A stretch of 49,089 bases of DNA from Akkermansiaceae bacterium (GCA_041737575.1 JBGSRM010000095.1:1-49089), one strand, 5' to 3'. Counted from the stretch's first letter, positions 8,205 to 17,960 are shown. The notes: generated by a model not told the origin, from the sequence alone. A program made the numbers and translations.

Positions 8205-10172
8205 CTAGATGGAAAAGGAGAGAGCGGGTTTTGGAGCTTCGATGGTTTCCTCTTCCGGCTCTTCTTTTGAGTGAGGGTGGATTTGTTGCATGAAGTCTGA
8301 GTAGTGGATGAGTTCCATGCGTCCGTCGTGGTGTTCGACGATGGCGGTCATGCTTTCGACCCAGTCGCCTGAGTTGAGGTAGTGGATTTTTCCGACCTGT
8401 TTGTTTTCAGGGGTGTGGATGTGGCCGCAGATGATGCCGTCGCATTCTTTGCGGATGGCGAGGTCTTGGAGGAGCTCTTCGTATTTATCGATGAAGCTGA
8501 CGGCGGATTTGACCTTGGCTTTTACTTTTTTACTGAGGGAGAAGTATTCTTTTCCCCGCCATGCTCGCCATTTGTTGTACCAGCGGTTGATGAGGAGGAG
8601 GTTGTCGTAGCCGATGGAGCCGAGGGAGGCGAGCCACTTGTGGTTGGTGGAGACGCTGTCGAAGCCGTCGCCGTGGACGACGAGGAAGCGTTTGCCATCG
8701 GCGGAGGTGTGGATGTGTTCTTTGGTGAAGCTGATTTTTCCGAAGGCGAGGGGGAGGAAGCGTTCGAGGATTTCATCGTGGTTGCCGCGAAGGTAGATGA
8801 CCTCGGTTTTTTGTTTTTCCGACATCTTGAGGATTTTGCGGACGACGCGGCTGTGGCGGGGGAGCCATTTGGAGCCGCGTTTGAGGGCCCAGCCATCGAT
8901 GATGTCGCCGTTAAGGATGAGTTTTTCGCAACGGATGCTTTTTAGAAAATGGACGACCTCGGTGGCGCGGCTGTCGGCGGTGCCGAGGTGTATGTCGGAG
9001 AGGATGACGGTGCGGAAGGAGACTTTTCCGCGTTTGCTGATGAGCCGGGTGCTGGGGAGCGGTATGATTTTGTTATTGCCGGCGATGTCGGAAAGTCTGG
9101 CCTCGAACTCGGCAACGACGCCGTCCCAGCCTTGGGTGAGAGCGACTTCGCGGGCGGCGATGCGGATGTCGTGGTCTGGGGGTATGTTGAGTGCGGCGTG
9201 GGCTTGGGCGAGGAAGCTATCGGCATGGCCTTTGGGTGCTTTGAGGCCGTTTTCACCGTGGATGACGAAGCGTTCCGCAGCGGCGTAATCGTAGGCGACG
9301 GTGACGAGGCCGCTGGCCATGCCTTCGAGGACGACGTTTCCGAAGGTCTCGGTTTCGCTGGGGAAAAGGAGGATGTCGGCGGAGGCGTAGTGGCGGGCGA
9401 GTTCGTCGCCGGTCTGGATGCCTGCGAAGTGTATGGAAGGGTGGTTTGCAGCTAGTTTTTCGCGTAGCGGGCCATCACCGACCATGACGCAGCGGAGATC
9501 CGGGGTGGAGTTTTGCATCGCGGTGAAGGCGCGGATGGCAAGTTCGAGATTTTTTTCCGCAGCGATGCGTCCGACGATGACGATGACGGGGGTTTCGGGG
9601 CTGGCGTTCCAGCTTGCGCGGAGGTTGTGGCAGCGTTTTTCCGGGGTGAAGAGTTCGGTATCGACGCCGCGACCCATGAGGTGGACGTTGCGGAAGCCTT
9701 CGGATTGGAGTTTTTCGACGATGCCGATGGAGGGGGCGAGGGTGCAATCGGCTCTACCGTGGAAGCGCTTCAGGTAGGCCATGGCGAAGGGCTCCAAGCT
9801 GCCGAGGCTGTAGCGTTCCATGTATTCGTGGAAATTGGTGTGAAAGCCGGTGGCGACGGGGATGCCGAGTGCTTTGGCGGCTTTGACGGCGGATTTTCCA
9901 AGGGGGCTTTCGGTGGCGACGTAGATGGCATCCGGGCGGCGTTTGAACCAGCGTTTGCGGAGTTTGAAAGGTTTGGGCAGGCCGACGCGGACTTCGCGGT
10001 AGCCGGGGAGCGGGAAGGAGGCGGCGATGGTTTCTCCGCGTTTGCCCTCGCCAGTGCGGATGACGTGGACGCGGTGGCCGCGTTGGCGGAGGCCATCCGT
10101 GAGGCGTCCGAGAGTCATGGCCACACCGTTGATGTCCGGGGCGAAGGTATCGGTCACGATGTCGATTTTCAT
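8205..10172 (-). CDS. Fusion of GT4-family glycosyltransferase and PlcP/LpxH-like metallophosphoesterase
   Basis: N-part: IVTDTFAPDINGVA, FHTNF, VGRIAAEKN, FPSETETFGNVVLEGMASG. C-part: SDIHLG, NGDIIDGW, GNHD, HGD, GHIH, NSGDWVES. Confidence 0.9.
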   Translation of the reverse strand: MKIDIVTDTFAPDINGVAMTLGRLTDGLRQRGHRVHVIRTGEGKRGETIAASFPLPGYREVRVGLPKPFKLRKRWFKRRPDAIYVATESPLGKSAVKAAKALGIPVATGFHTNFHEYMERYSLGSLEPFAMAYLKRFHGRADCTLAPSIGIVEKLQSEGFRNVHLMGRGVDTELFTPEKRCHNLRASWNASPETPVIVIVGRIAAEKNLELAIRAFTAMQNSTPDLRCVMVGDGPLREKLAANHPSIHFAGIQTGDELARHYASADILLFPSETETFGNVVLEGMASGLVTVAYDYAAAERFVIHGENGLKAPKGHADSFLAQAHAALNIPPDHDIRIAAREVALTQGWDGVVAEFEARLSDIAGNNKIIPLPSTRLISKRGKVSFRTVILSDIHLGTADSRATEVVHFLKSIRCEKLILNGDIIDGWALKRGSKWLPRHSRVVRKILKMSEKQKTEVIYLRGNHDEILERFLPLAFGKISFTKEHIHTSADGKRFLVVHGDGFDSVSTNHKWLASLGSIGYDNLLLINRWYNKWRAWRGKEYFSLSKKVKAKVKSAVSFIDKYEELLQDLAIRKECDGIICGHIHTPENKQVGKIHYLNSGDWVESMTAIVEHHDGRMELIHYSDFMQQIHPHSKEEPEEETIEAPKPALSFSI

Positions 10173-10304
10173 GATCGGAAATGAAGAGGAACTTCCGCTT
10201 CGATTTACAAATAATACGGAAAAGTTAGATAACGCAGTATTCGTGCGGTGACGAATGCGTCACATGGATTGTTTGTGGGAACGGAATGTGCTAGATGATT
10301 TCGA

Positions 10305-10772
10305 ATGAAAGAAGAGTATATGGCACATGCGATAGCGCTTGCGAGGAACGGGATGCGCGGCGGGGATGGCGGGCCTTTTGGGGCAGTGGTTGTACGTGAC
10401 GGGGAAATCATTGGCGAGGGATGGAACCGTGTTTTGGCGACGAATGATCCGACGGCGCATGGCGAGGTGGTGGCGATACGGGATGCGTGCCGGAGGGTTT
10501 CATCCTTTTCTTTGGAGGGCTGCGAGATTTATACGACGGGGCAACCGTGCCCGATGTGTCTGGGGGCCATCCACTGGGCGCGCATCGGATCTATCTACTA
10601 TGGTTTTAGTATTTCAGACGCGGCACGCATAGGTTTTGATGATGTGGAGTTTTTCCGTCAAATTTCGCTGCCGCCGGAGGAGAGAGAGATTCCGGAGAAG
10701 CAGTTGTGTGCGGAGCAGGCGTTGTTGCTTGCACAGGAGTATGCGGCGATGCCGGATAGAGGGGTGTATTGA
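10305..10772 (+). CDS. Nucleoside/guanine deaminase (CDA superfamily, GuaD-like)
   Basis: GGPFGAVVV, NDPTAHGE, PCPMCLGAIHWAR, GFDD. Confidence 0.9.
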   Translation: MKEEYMAHAIALARNGMRGGDGGPFGAVVVRDGEIIGEGWNRVLATNDPTAHGEVVAIRDACRRVSSFSLEGCEIYTTGQPCPMCLGAIHWARIGSIYYGFSISDAARIGFDDVEFFRQISLPPEEREIPEKQLCAEQALLLAQEYAAMPDRGVY

Positions 10773-10825
10773 GAAGTGAATCGTCTGCTTGACGGCAGAG
10801 GGTGCAAAAGGAGAAGATAACGCGC

Positions 10826-12004
10826 ATGGCATGGCGTTTGGAGGAAGCTGTAGAGCACGGCGTGATCGACAACACGGTCGAGGGGACGACCACGGGCAAG
10901 ATTTGGCTGGCTGGTCGTGATGAGCCGTTGATTCTTTCCCTGGATGGAGACTGCTGGCGTGATGTGGCGGGGACGGTGCTGGAGTTTGAGAATCCCGAGC
11001 CTGTGGTGATGGATGAGATCCGTGCGCTTGATACGGATCAGACGGGTAGTGTGGGGGACATCACGGCCTCGCGCCGTGCGCGCATACCGGAGGTGCCGGA
11101 TGAAGAGATTTCAGAATATCACAGGAGTGGCAAGGAGGTGCCGTGCACGTGGCAGAATGTTTTGTACATCGAGTGGTTCAGTGAGTTGAACGGGCGTGTT
11201 TTGATTGAGGCTGTGGGTTACAAGTTGAGTGTGACGGCGAGGGAGTGGGAGATGGATGAGGATTTGGAGGAGGCGCAGAAGCTGGTGAATTTGAACACGA
11301 TGCGTGATTTCATGTCGAAGATCATCCAGCGGACGGAGACCGAGGAGGAAGAGGAGGCCTCGCAGAAGCCGCGAGCGGCGATGGATGAGTATGAGTGGGA
11401 AGAGAAGCTGAAGGAATCCGACCGCCTGACGGATGCGTATGAAGAGGTTTTGGAAAAATACATGGATGATCCGGATGCGGAGCGGAAAGAGGCTTTTGCG
11501 ATGGGATGGGACGGGCTGTTGAGCGCGATGGCGGAGCGTGAAGAGAACGAGGAGGATGATTTCGAGTATGGTATCGATGAGTGGGATGAGGAGGAATCTT
11601 ACAAGGATGACGGGGAAGGGTTTGATGATTTCGAGGACTTTGATTTTGTGCATCCGCTTCAGGCACGGGCGCAGGAGGTGGCGCTGCGGGCATTCGACTT
11701 GGTGCAGTCCGAGCGGGAAGAGGGTGATGATGATGAATTTACCGGTTTGCTGATGCAAATCAGTGCGAAGCTGGCGAGTGTGCTGAATGATGGTGGGGGT
11801 GGCTTCGAGCCGGAGGCCGGGTTTGTGCTGGCGGTTTTGAAGCGTTGTTTGAACTGGACGAACGAGGCGATAGCGTCCTGCAACCAGATCATGCATTCGA
11901 CGCAGGATCCCGACCGTCTTTCGGCGCTGGAGTATTTGCGCGGCGAGATTTTCGCGATACGGGATGGCATTATCGAATTGCGGCGTGAACTAAAGCAAAG
12001 TTGA
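10826..12004 (+). CDS. Acidic hypothetical protein
   Basis: Long ORF with the local G-ending codon bias and Asp/Glu-rich tracts; ATG at 10826 (MAWRLEE) preferred over GTG at 10802. Confidence 0.75.
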   Translation: MAWRLEEAVEHGVIDNTVEGTTTGKIWLAGRDEPLILSLDGDCWRDVAGTVLEFENPEPVVMDEIRALDTDQTGSVGDITASRRARIPEVPDEEISEYHRSGKEVPCTWQNVLYIEWFSELNGRVLIEAVGYKLSVTAREWEMDEDLEEAQKLVNLNTMRDFMSKIIQRTETEEEEEASQKPRAAMDEYEWEEKLKESDRLTDAYEEVLEKYMDDPDAERKEAFAMGWDGLLSAMAEREENEEDDFEYGIDEWDEEESYKDDGEGFDDFEDFDFVHPLQARAQEVALRAFDLVQSEREEGDDDEFTGLLMQISAKLASVLNDGGGGFEPEAGFVLAVLKRCLNWTNEAIASCNQIMHSTQDPDRLSALEYLRGEIFAIRDGIIELRRELKQS

Positions 12005-12038
12005 CAAATCGGCGGACTGAACGACTAATTTCCCCGAC

Positions 12039-12215
12039 ATGAAAACGTTTATGAAACTCATTCTTCTCAGCTTGGCAGCCGTTGCGTTCACATCCTGCAA
12101 CACGATGATCGGTCTTGGAAGAGACACACGGATCATCGGGGAAAGTGTGGAAAAATCCGCCGAGAAATCGGCAGGGAACACATCCGATCAGGATACGGGC
12201 GCGCCGATCTACTAA
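12039..12215 (+). CDS. Entericidin EcnA/B-like small lipoprotein (58 aa, absent from the ORF track)
   Basis: MKTFMKLILLSLAAVAFTSC-NTMIGLGRDTRIIGESVEKSA...: lipobox plus the CNTxxGxGxD entericidin signature; TTGACA at 12001. Confidence 0.85.
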   Translation: MKTFMKLILLSLAAVAFTSCNTMIGLGRDTRIIGESVEKSAEKSAGNTSDQDTGAPIY

Positions 12216-12219
12216 ATTT

Positions 12220-12825
12220 CTAGTAGCCGCGCCAGTAGGCGAAGGCGCAGGTTATGGTGGCGAGGCCGTAGGCAATACCGGCGGCGGAAAGAGCTTGCCA
12301 GCGTTTTTGATCCGCAGTGACCCATGTGATGGCGTTTCTAAACAAGTAGGGCATGCCGACGAGGAACATGGACACCGTGAGCAGGGCGTATGCGAAGATG
12401 GGGATGAGCAGGCGGCTTTGGGGGTCTTTGAGGAAAGCGGATTCGAGAAGGGGTGAGGCGATCATGAGTCCGAGCAGGCCGAGAGCACGGACGGCGAGGA
12501 AGTCCCGGACGCTGACGCTGACTGCGAAGAGGGCAGCGGGAACGAGCAGGCGAAGGAGGGGCTTGGCACCGTTGAATTCGCCAAGATCCATTCTGAGGGC
12601 GCTGAGTTTACCGAGGCCATCGGGAGCGATGAGCAGCCAGAACCAGGCGAGGCCGATTCCGAGGATGATTTGACCGAGTGCGGCGTTGCGGGGAAATTTT
12701 TTCAACCATGCCTGGACTGGCTGGGGTTTGAGAATCATGAGGGTGTGCGAGGCAATGAGCCAGACGCCAAGGATGAGTCCCGCAGTGAAAAGCGGTATCT
12801 GTTCGTAGGGGTGGCGGTAATCCAT
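12220..12825 (-). CDS. Hypothetical integral membrane protein
   Basis: 201 aa with about 6 hydrophobic segments; codon bias matches other minus-strand genes. Confidence 0.75.
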   Translation of the reverse strand: MDYRHPYEQIPLFTAGLILGVWLIASHTLMILKPQPVQAWLKKFPRNAALGQIILGIGLAWFWLLIAPDGLGKLSALRMDLGEFNGAKPLLRLLVPAALFAVSVSVRDFLAVRALGLLGLMIASPLLESAFLKDPQSRLLIPIFAYALLTVSMFLVGMPYLFRNAITWVTADQKRWQALSAAGIAYGLATITCAFAYWRGY

Positions 12826-12928
12826 GCGGCTTTGGCTTTAGTGCCATAGCTCCGCAGGTTCAAGCGGTATCTCCAGGGGATTTACAAATACCATGAGGCA
12901 ATATCCCGCGATCTTACTGAAAACGAGG

Positions 12929-12957
12929 TTGTCGCGATGAAATCATGTGGCTAGTCT
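12929..12957 (+). promoter_or_regulatory. Putative sigma70 promoter of accD
   Basis: TTGTCG-17 nt-TAGTCT upstream of ATG 12995. Confidence 0.45.
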
Positions 12958-12994
12958 GCACGTAAGTCTCCTCGCAACCCGCATCAAACATACT

Positions 12995-13822
12995 ATGGGA
13001 ATTTTCAGTAAGCCTCAACTGCGCAACCAACAGAAGCGCGATGACATGCCGGAGGGCTTGTGGTCGAAATGCCCGGAATGTGGTGCCATGGTGCATGCGT
13101 TGGAGCTCAAACAGAATCTTCAGGTTTGTCCGCCGTGTGGTCATCATTTTTTGATGGATTCGATGGATCGGGTATATCTTTTGGCGGATCCGGGTAGTTT
13201 TGAGGAGACGGATGCGGATCTGATTTCGGCAAATCCGCTGGGCTTCAAGGGGTATGAAAGCAAGATCGAAGGGCAACGGGAGCGCACGGGTATGAATGAT
13301 GCGGTGGTGACGGGGCGGTTACGCATTCTGGACAAACCGGCGATGATCGCGGTGATGGATTTCAAGTTTTTCGCGGGATCGATGGGATCGGTGGTAGGAG
13401 AAAAGATCACGCGTGCGATTGAGACGGCGATCGCGGAGAAAAGGGGGGTGGTGATTGTTTCCGCGTCATCGGGTGCGCGTATGCAGGAGGGGATGCTCTC
13501 GCTGATGCAGATGGCGAAAACATGTGGTGCGCTTGCGAGATTGGGGGAGGCGGGCTTGCCTTACATTTCCGTGATGACCCATCCTACGACGGGTGGTGTG
13601 ACGGCTTCATTCGCGACGATCGGGGACATCAACCTTGCCGAGCCGAAGTGTATGATCGGTTTTGCGGGGCCGCGCGTGGTGAAGGAAACGACGCATCAGA
13701 ATCTTCCTCCGGGATTCCAGACGGCGGAGTTCATGCTGGAGCATGGGCTCGTGGATGCGATTGTGACGAGGCATCAGATGCGTGACCGTATCGGGAAACT
13801 GCTTTCTTTCATGATGAAGTGA
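12995..13822 (+). CDS. accD: Acetyl-CoA carboxylase carboxyltransferase beta subunit
   Basis: LWSKCPEC...VCPPCGHH zinc finger, GSMGSVVGEKI, SSGARMQEG, PTTGGVTASFA, GFAGPRV, FQTAEF. Confidence 0.97.
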   Translation: MGIFSKPQLRNQQKRDDMPEGLWSKCPECGAMVHALELKQNLQVCPPCGHHFLMDSMDRVYLLADPGSFEETDADLISANPLGFKGYESKIEGQRERTGMNDAVVTGRLRILDKPAMIAVMDFKFFAGSMGSVVGEKITRAIETAIAEKRGVVIVSASSGARMQEGMLSLMQMAKTCGALARLGEAGLPYISVMTHPTTGGVTASFATIGDINLAEPKCMIGFAGPRVVKETTHQNLPPGFQTAEFMLEHGLVDAIVTRHQMRDRIGKLLSFMMK

Positions 13823-13857
13823 CGTGTTGGATTTAACCATTTAGCCACCTGACCGAG

Positions 13858-14553
13858 ATGTTTGAAGATTTGCTACTCCTTGCGGCGACGGATCCGAATT
13901 CGACGGCGTATAAAGTGGGGGTGGCTTTGGGTGGTGTGATTGGCATCACCTTGGTGATCGGGCTGCCGATTTTGTTCATCGTTTCTTTGGTGAAATATCT
14001 GACCAGCAAGAAGCCGGCATGGTTGGTGGGTGTTTTCGGGAGTGCGATTCCGCTTCTGATTCTGGTGTGCTTCATTTCCTACGGGGTGTTCAAAGCGATC
14101 AATGAGGGTTCAGAAGGGGGTATTACTTCCGTTCCAGGAACCAATGTGTCTTTCGACATGCCACGCCATTGGAAGAAGCAAAAGGACCTGCATGAGGATG
14201 CGTTGATCGGTGTGGGTAATGTGTTGCGTGAAGAATACATGATTGTTCTTGATGATCCGAAAGTTGATTTCGCGGGTGATTTGACGGAATTCTCGGAAAT
14301 CACGACGCAGGGGATCATGGATAATATTGGAGGCGGCACGATCTCCGCGCCGAAGACCTTGACCATAAACGGGTTGCCGGCGATCCGGCATGAGATTACC
14401 GGGACTGTGGATCGTATCAACGTGGTTTATTTCCACACTTCGGTGGAAGGCAAAGACCGATTTTTTCAGTTTCTGTGCTGGACGATTCGATCAAAGCAGG
14501 GATCTGCGTTAACGGAGTTTGAGAAAGTGGTGAACAGCATTGAGGAGAAGTGA
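13858..14553 (+). CDS. Hypothetical membrane protein (2 TM plus PsbP/Mog1-like soluble domain)
   Basis: Two hydrophobic helices, then SFDMPRHWK and TINGLPAIR beta-rich domain. Confidence 0.7.
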   Translation: MFEDLLLLAATDPNSTAYKVGVALGGVIGITLVIGLPILFIVSLVKYLTSKKPAWLVGVFGSAIPLLILVCFISYGVFKAINEGSEGGITSVPGTNVSFDMPRHWKKQKDLHEDALIGVGNVLREEYMIVLDDPKVDFAGDLTEFSEITTQGIMDNIGGGTISAPKTLTINGLPAIRHEITGTVDRINVVYFHTSVEGKDRFFQFLCWTIRSKQGSALTEFEKVVNSIEEK

Positions 14554-14606
14554 TTGGGCGTATCTGAAAGTAGTCAGGCCATTCTGTCGTTTCTTATGCT
14601 CGGACG

Positions 14607-14707
14607 CAATCCCGTTGGGATTGGTTCTATTTTGGTTTGGATGTCCCAGGGTAGGCTTCACTGTGTTGCGCCAACCCTGGGCTAAAATACGTAACTCCTT
14701 TGGAGTT
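14607..14707. repeat. REP-like composite palindromic element
   Basis: Three hairpins between convergent genes: CAATCCC-GTT-GGGATTG, CCCAGGGT...ACCCTGGG, AACTCC-TTT-GGAGTT. Confidence 0.65.
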
Positions 14708-14732
14708 GGAAGATTCTGCCCACAGCTTTCAG

Positions 14733-15185
14733 TTACACCCTGTGTTGAGTGTTGGGAGGTGAGGGGGTTTTGATTCGTTTGGGGGTGGCCCAGTGGTCGG
14801 TGGAGGAGTTTACTAGGAAGTCGTTGCCGAGGGCTTCGCGGCCTAGGAGGAGGCGGTGGATCATGCGTTTGCGGGAGACTAGGGAGACGATGATTTTTTT
14901 TTCGATGCCGGCGAGGCGGAGTGTGGTTTCGACGAAGATGCGGTTGGTGGGGTGACCGGTGGAGGAGCGGACGCGTTTGCGGAGGGCGATGGGTTGTTCG
15001 AGGGTGATGAGTTTTTTGTCTTTGCGGTCGAGGCGGATGGTGAAGCGGACGTGGTTGCCGGGGAGCTCGGTGATTTCGGCGCAGTCGATGGCGGAGGATT
15101 TGGCTCCGGTGTCGGCTTTTGCCTTGAGGCGCAGGTTCCAGAGGGGCAGCTCGACCCACTCGCGCCAGCCGATGATGATGTTCAT
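14733..15185 (-). CDS. RimK-associated putative protease (retropepsin-like)
   Basis: IGWREWV, KAKADTGAKSSAI, VRSSTG, LLLGREAL; ATGA overlap with the RimK gene. Confidence 0.9.
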   Translation of the reverse strand: MNIIIGWREWVELPLWNLRLKAKADTGAKSSAIDCAEITELPGNHVRFTIRLDRKDKKLITLEQPIALRKRVRSSTGHPTNRIFVETTLRLAGIEKKIIVSLVSRKRMIHRLLLGREALGNDFLVNSSTDHWATPKRIKTPSPPNTQHRV

Positions 15186-16372
15186 GGCGTTGGGGGGGAG
15201 GGTTGATGGAGTTTGCGGACCTTGCGTTCCCTTGGTTTTTTTGGGGCGATGAGGGATTTGATGTGTTCGGATTTTCCGTAGCAGAGGAGGGTGTCATCGG
15301 CTTCGAGGACGCGGGAGCCTTTGGGGTTGGAGATGACGGAGCCTTTGCGTTTCAGGGTGAGGACGACGACGTCCTGGTCGCGGAGGCCGGTTTCCTCGAT
15401 GGATTTTCCGACGAGGATGCTGCCATCCGGGATGTGGATGTCGGCGACGGAGTAGCCGCGGGAGATGGTGAGGCGTTGGCGGATGTCGATTTCCGGGAAG
15501 ATGACCTGATCTTCGATGTAGTCGATAATTTCACCGGCGATGTCGAGGCCGGTGGCTCCTTCGATGCCTTCGAGACCGGGTGAGGAGTTGACCTCCATGA
15601 TTTGGGGGCCGTCTTTGGCTTCGAGCATGTCAACGCCGCAGATGCGGAGGCCCATGATTTGTGCGGCGCGGACGGCGGCTTCTTCGTAGGCGGGATCGAG
15701 TTTGATGGCTTCGGCTTTTCCACCACGGTGGACGTTGGAGCGGAATTCCTGGCCTTGTGCGACGCGGCGGATGGCGGCGACGACGCGCTCGCCGATGACG
15801 AAGGCGCGGACGTCCTTGCCTTTGCTTTCGGCGACGAATTTTTGGAGGAGGACTTGTTGTTTGGTGGAGTGGAGGGTCTCGACGATGGCTTTGGCGATTT
15901 CGATTTTATCGGCGAGGATGACGCCGACGCCTTGGGTGCCTTCGAGGAGTTTGATGATGACGGGTGCGCCGCCGACGCGTTCGAGGGCGCCTTCGAGGTC
16001 GCGTTTGTCATCGATGTAGGCGGAGGTGGGGATGCCGACGTCGTGGCGGGAGAGGATCTGAAGGGAGCGAAGTTTGTCGCGGGAGTTGCTGATGCCGGCG
16101 GCGGTGTTGGGTGTATAGACGTCCATTTGCTCGAACTGGCGGACGACGGCGGTGCCGTAGCGGGTGATGGAGGTGCCGATGCGGGGAAGGATGGCGTCCG
16201 GGGTGTGGAGGACTTTTCCGTAGTAGTAGAGGTCTGGTTCGCCGTGGTTGAGGTCGATGGCGAGACGGGTGGTGTTAAGGATTTCGATTTCGTGCCCGCG
16301 TTTTTTCGCGGCCTCGACGAGGCGGCGTGTCGAGTAGCATTTCGGGGAGCAGGAGAGGATGGAGAGTTTCAT
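15182..16372 (-). CDS. rimK: RimK-family ATP-grasp alpha-L-glutamate ligase with C-terminal RCK_C (TrkA-C) domain
   Basis: YSTRRLVEAA, SRDKLRSLQILS, IKLLEGTQGVGV, FRSNVHRGG, EVNSSPGLEGIE; tail SILVGKSIEETGLR...NPKGSRVLEADDTL is RCK_C-like. Confidence 0.88.
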   Translation of the reverse strand: MKLSILSCSPKCYSTRRLVEAAKKRGHEIEILNTTRLAIDLNHGEPDLYYYGKVLHTPDAILPRIGTSITRYGTAVVRQFEQMDVYTPNTAAGISNSRDKLRSLQILSRHDVGIPTSAYIDDKRDLEGALERVGGAPVIIKLLEGTQGVGVILADKIEIAKAIVETLHSTKQQVLLQKFVAESKGKDVRAFVIGERVVAAIRRVAQGQEFRSNVHRGGKAEAIKLDPAYEEAAVRAAQIMGLRICGVDMLEAKDGPQIMEVNSSPGLEGIEGATGLDIAGEIIDYIEDQVIFPEIDIRQRLTISRGYSVADIHIPDGSILVGKSIEETGLRDQDVVVLTLKRKGSVISNPKGSRVLEADDTLLCYGKSEHIKSLIAPKKPRERKVRKLHQPSPPTP

Positions 16373-16514
16373 GGGGGCGAGGCGGGTGGAATTGCTAGCC
16401 GAGGTGGGGGCGAAGTCAAAACAAAGTGGTGGAGGTGTTGTGACGGTTGCGCCAATGAGTTTTTTCTAACTATTTTCCCGTGTCTTGATTTGACTTGTGG
16501 GGGTTGCGGGGCGA

Positions 16515-17954
16515 ATGAATCTTCACGTGTCCGGCGGTTATTCCAAGATATTCATTTCGATGCCGCTGGTGGTTTTGCTGGCGGGTTGTGTGGCGGTTTC
16601 ACCGGAGAGCCGTATGGATGAGGTGGGTGCGCCGGGAGGTTGGGCGGCGAGTCGGGAGGCGAGGGCGGGGATTGATCGGAAATGGGTTTCCCGTGTGGGT
16701 GGTGCGGAGTTGAATGGTTTGGTGGATCGGGCGATTTCGCACAATCCGGAGATGAAGGCGGCGGCGGCGCGGGTGGATCGGGCGGCGGCTGAGGCGAAGA
16801 TTGCGGGAGCGGGGCGTTTACCGAGTTTGGGGCTGGGGGGCGATGGGAGGCGGAACAAGCAGAATTTCATCGGGTTTCCCTTCGGGATGCCGGGGGGTGG
16901 TGTGCCATCGAATGTTTCGCAGCAGTTTGGTGTGAATTTGAATGCGGCGTGGGAGGTGGATGTGTGGGGGCGTGCGAAGGCGGGGCAGGAGGCGACGATT
17001 GCGGATGCGGAGGCGCGGAGGTATGAGTATGAGGCGGCGCGGGTTTCGTTGGCGGGGCAGGTTGCGAAGGCTTGGGTGGCGCTGGGTGAGGCGAACGAGC
17101 AGGTGGAGTTGGCGGAACAGGCGGTGGTGGCGTCGAAGGTTTTGGCGGATGCGGTGCGTGAGCGTTTCGAGAGGGCGATTGTGGATGACGGGGGGACGGG
17201 GGCGCAGGTTCGTTTGACGGAGTCGGAGTATGAGAACCGGAAGGCGGCGTTGGCGGAGAGGATGCAGGAGCGGGAGAGGGTGATCCGGCAGTTGGAGATT
17301 TTGTTAGGGAGTTATCCATCGGGCGGGCTTTCCGCGAAGGTGAGGTTGCCGAAGTTTCCGGGGGCGACGCCGGCGGGTTTGCCATCGGAGCTTTTGCAGC
17401 GGAGGCCGGATATTTTGGCGGCGGAGCGGGAGTTGGCTTCGTCCGGGAGGAAGGTGAAGGAGGCGCAGCTTGCGCGTTTTCCAAGTTTCAGTCTGACGTC
17501 ATCGGGGGGGACGGCTTCGGAATCGATTCGCGATGTGTTGGGGAGTGATTTTGGTGTTTGGTCGTTGGGAGGGAGTTTGACGCAGGCGATTTTTCAGGGT
17601 GGGTTGCTGACGGGGACGATTGAGAAGGAGCAGGCGGTGGAGAGGGAGAAGGTGGCGATGCTGCAAAAGACGGTGCTGGATGCGTTTGGTGAGGTGGAGC
17701 AGGCGTTGGTGGCTGAGTATTTTTTTGCTGAGCGCGAGGTGGCGGCGCGGAAGGCGGCGGAGCTTGCGAAGGAGGCGGCGAAGCGCGCGGGGGAGGAGTA
17801 TTCCGCGGGGACGGGTGATGTTTTGACGGTGATTCAGGCGACGGAGACGGAGATTGATTCCGCGAGCAGGTATGTGGCGATACGGCGTATGCGTTTGGAA
17901 AACCGCATTGATCTTCATTTGGCGCTGGGTGGTGATTTCAAGGCAACCAAGTAA
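16515..17954 (+). CDS. RND efflux outer-membrane factor lipoprotein (NodT/OprM family)
   Basis: Lipobox LLAGC, WEVDVWGR, PSELLQRRPDILAAE, LHLALGG. Start uncertain (16515 or 16560). Confidence 0.93.
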   Translation: MNLHVSGGYSKIFISMPLVVLLAGCVAVSPESRMDEVGAPGGWAASREARAGIDRKWVSRVGGAELNGLVDRAISHNPEMKAAAARVDRAAAEAKIAGAGRLPSLGLGGDGRRNKQNFIGFPFGMPGGGVPSNVSQQFGVNLNAAWEVDVWGRAKAGQEATIADAEARRYEYEAARVSLAGQVAKAWVALGEANEQVELAEQAVVASKVLADAVRERFERAIVDDGGTGAQVRLTESEYENRKAALAERMQERERVIRQLEILLGSYPSGGLSAKVRLPKFPGATPAGLPSELLQRRPDILAAERELASSGRKVKEAQLARFPSFSLTSSGGTASESIRDVLGSDFGVWSLGGSLTQAIFQGGLLTGTIEKEQAVEREKVAMLQKTVLDAFGEVEQALVAEYFFAEREVAARKAAELAKEAAKRAGEEYSAGTGDVLTVIQATETEIDSASRYVAIRRMRLENRIDLHLALGGDFKATK

Positions 17955-17960
17955 CAGGAT

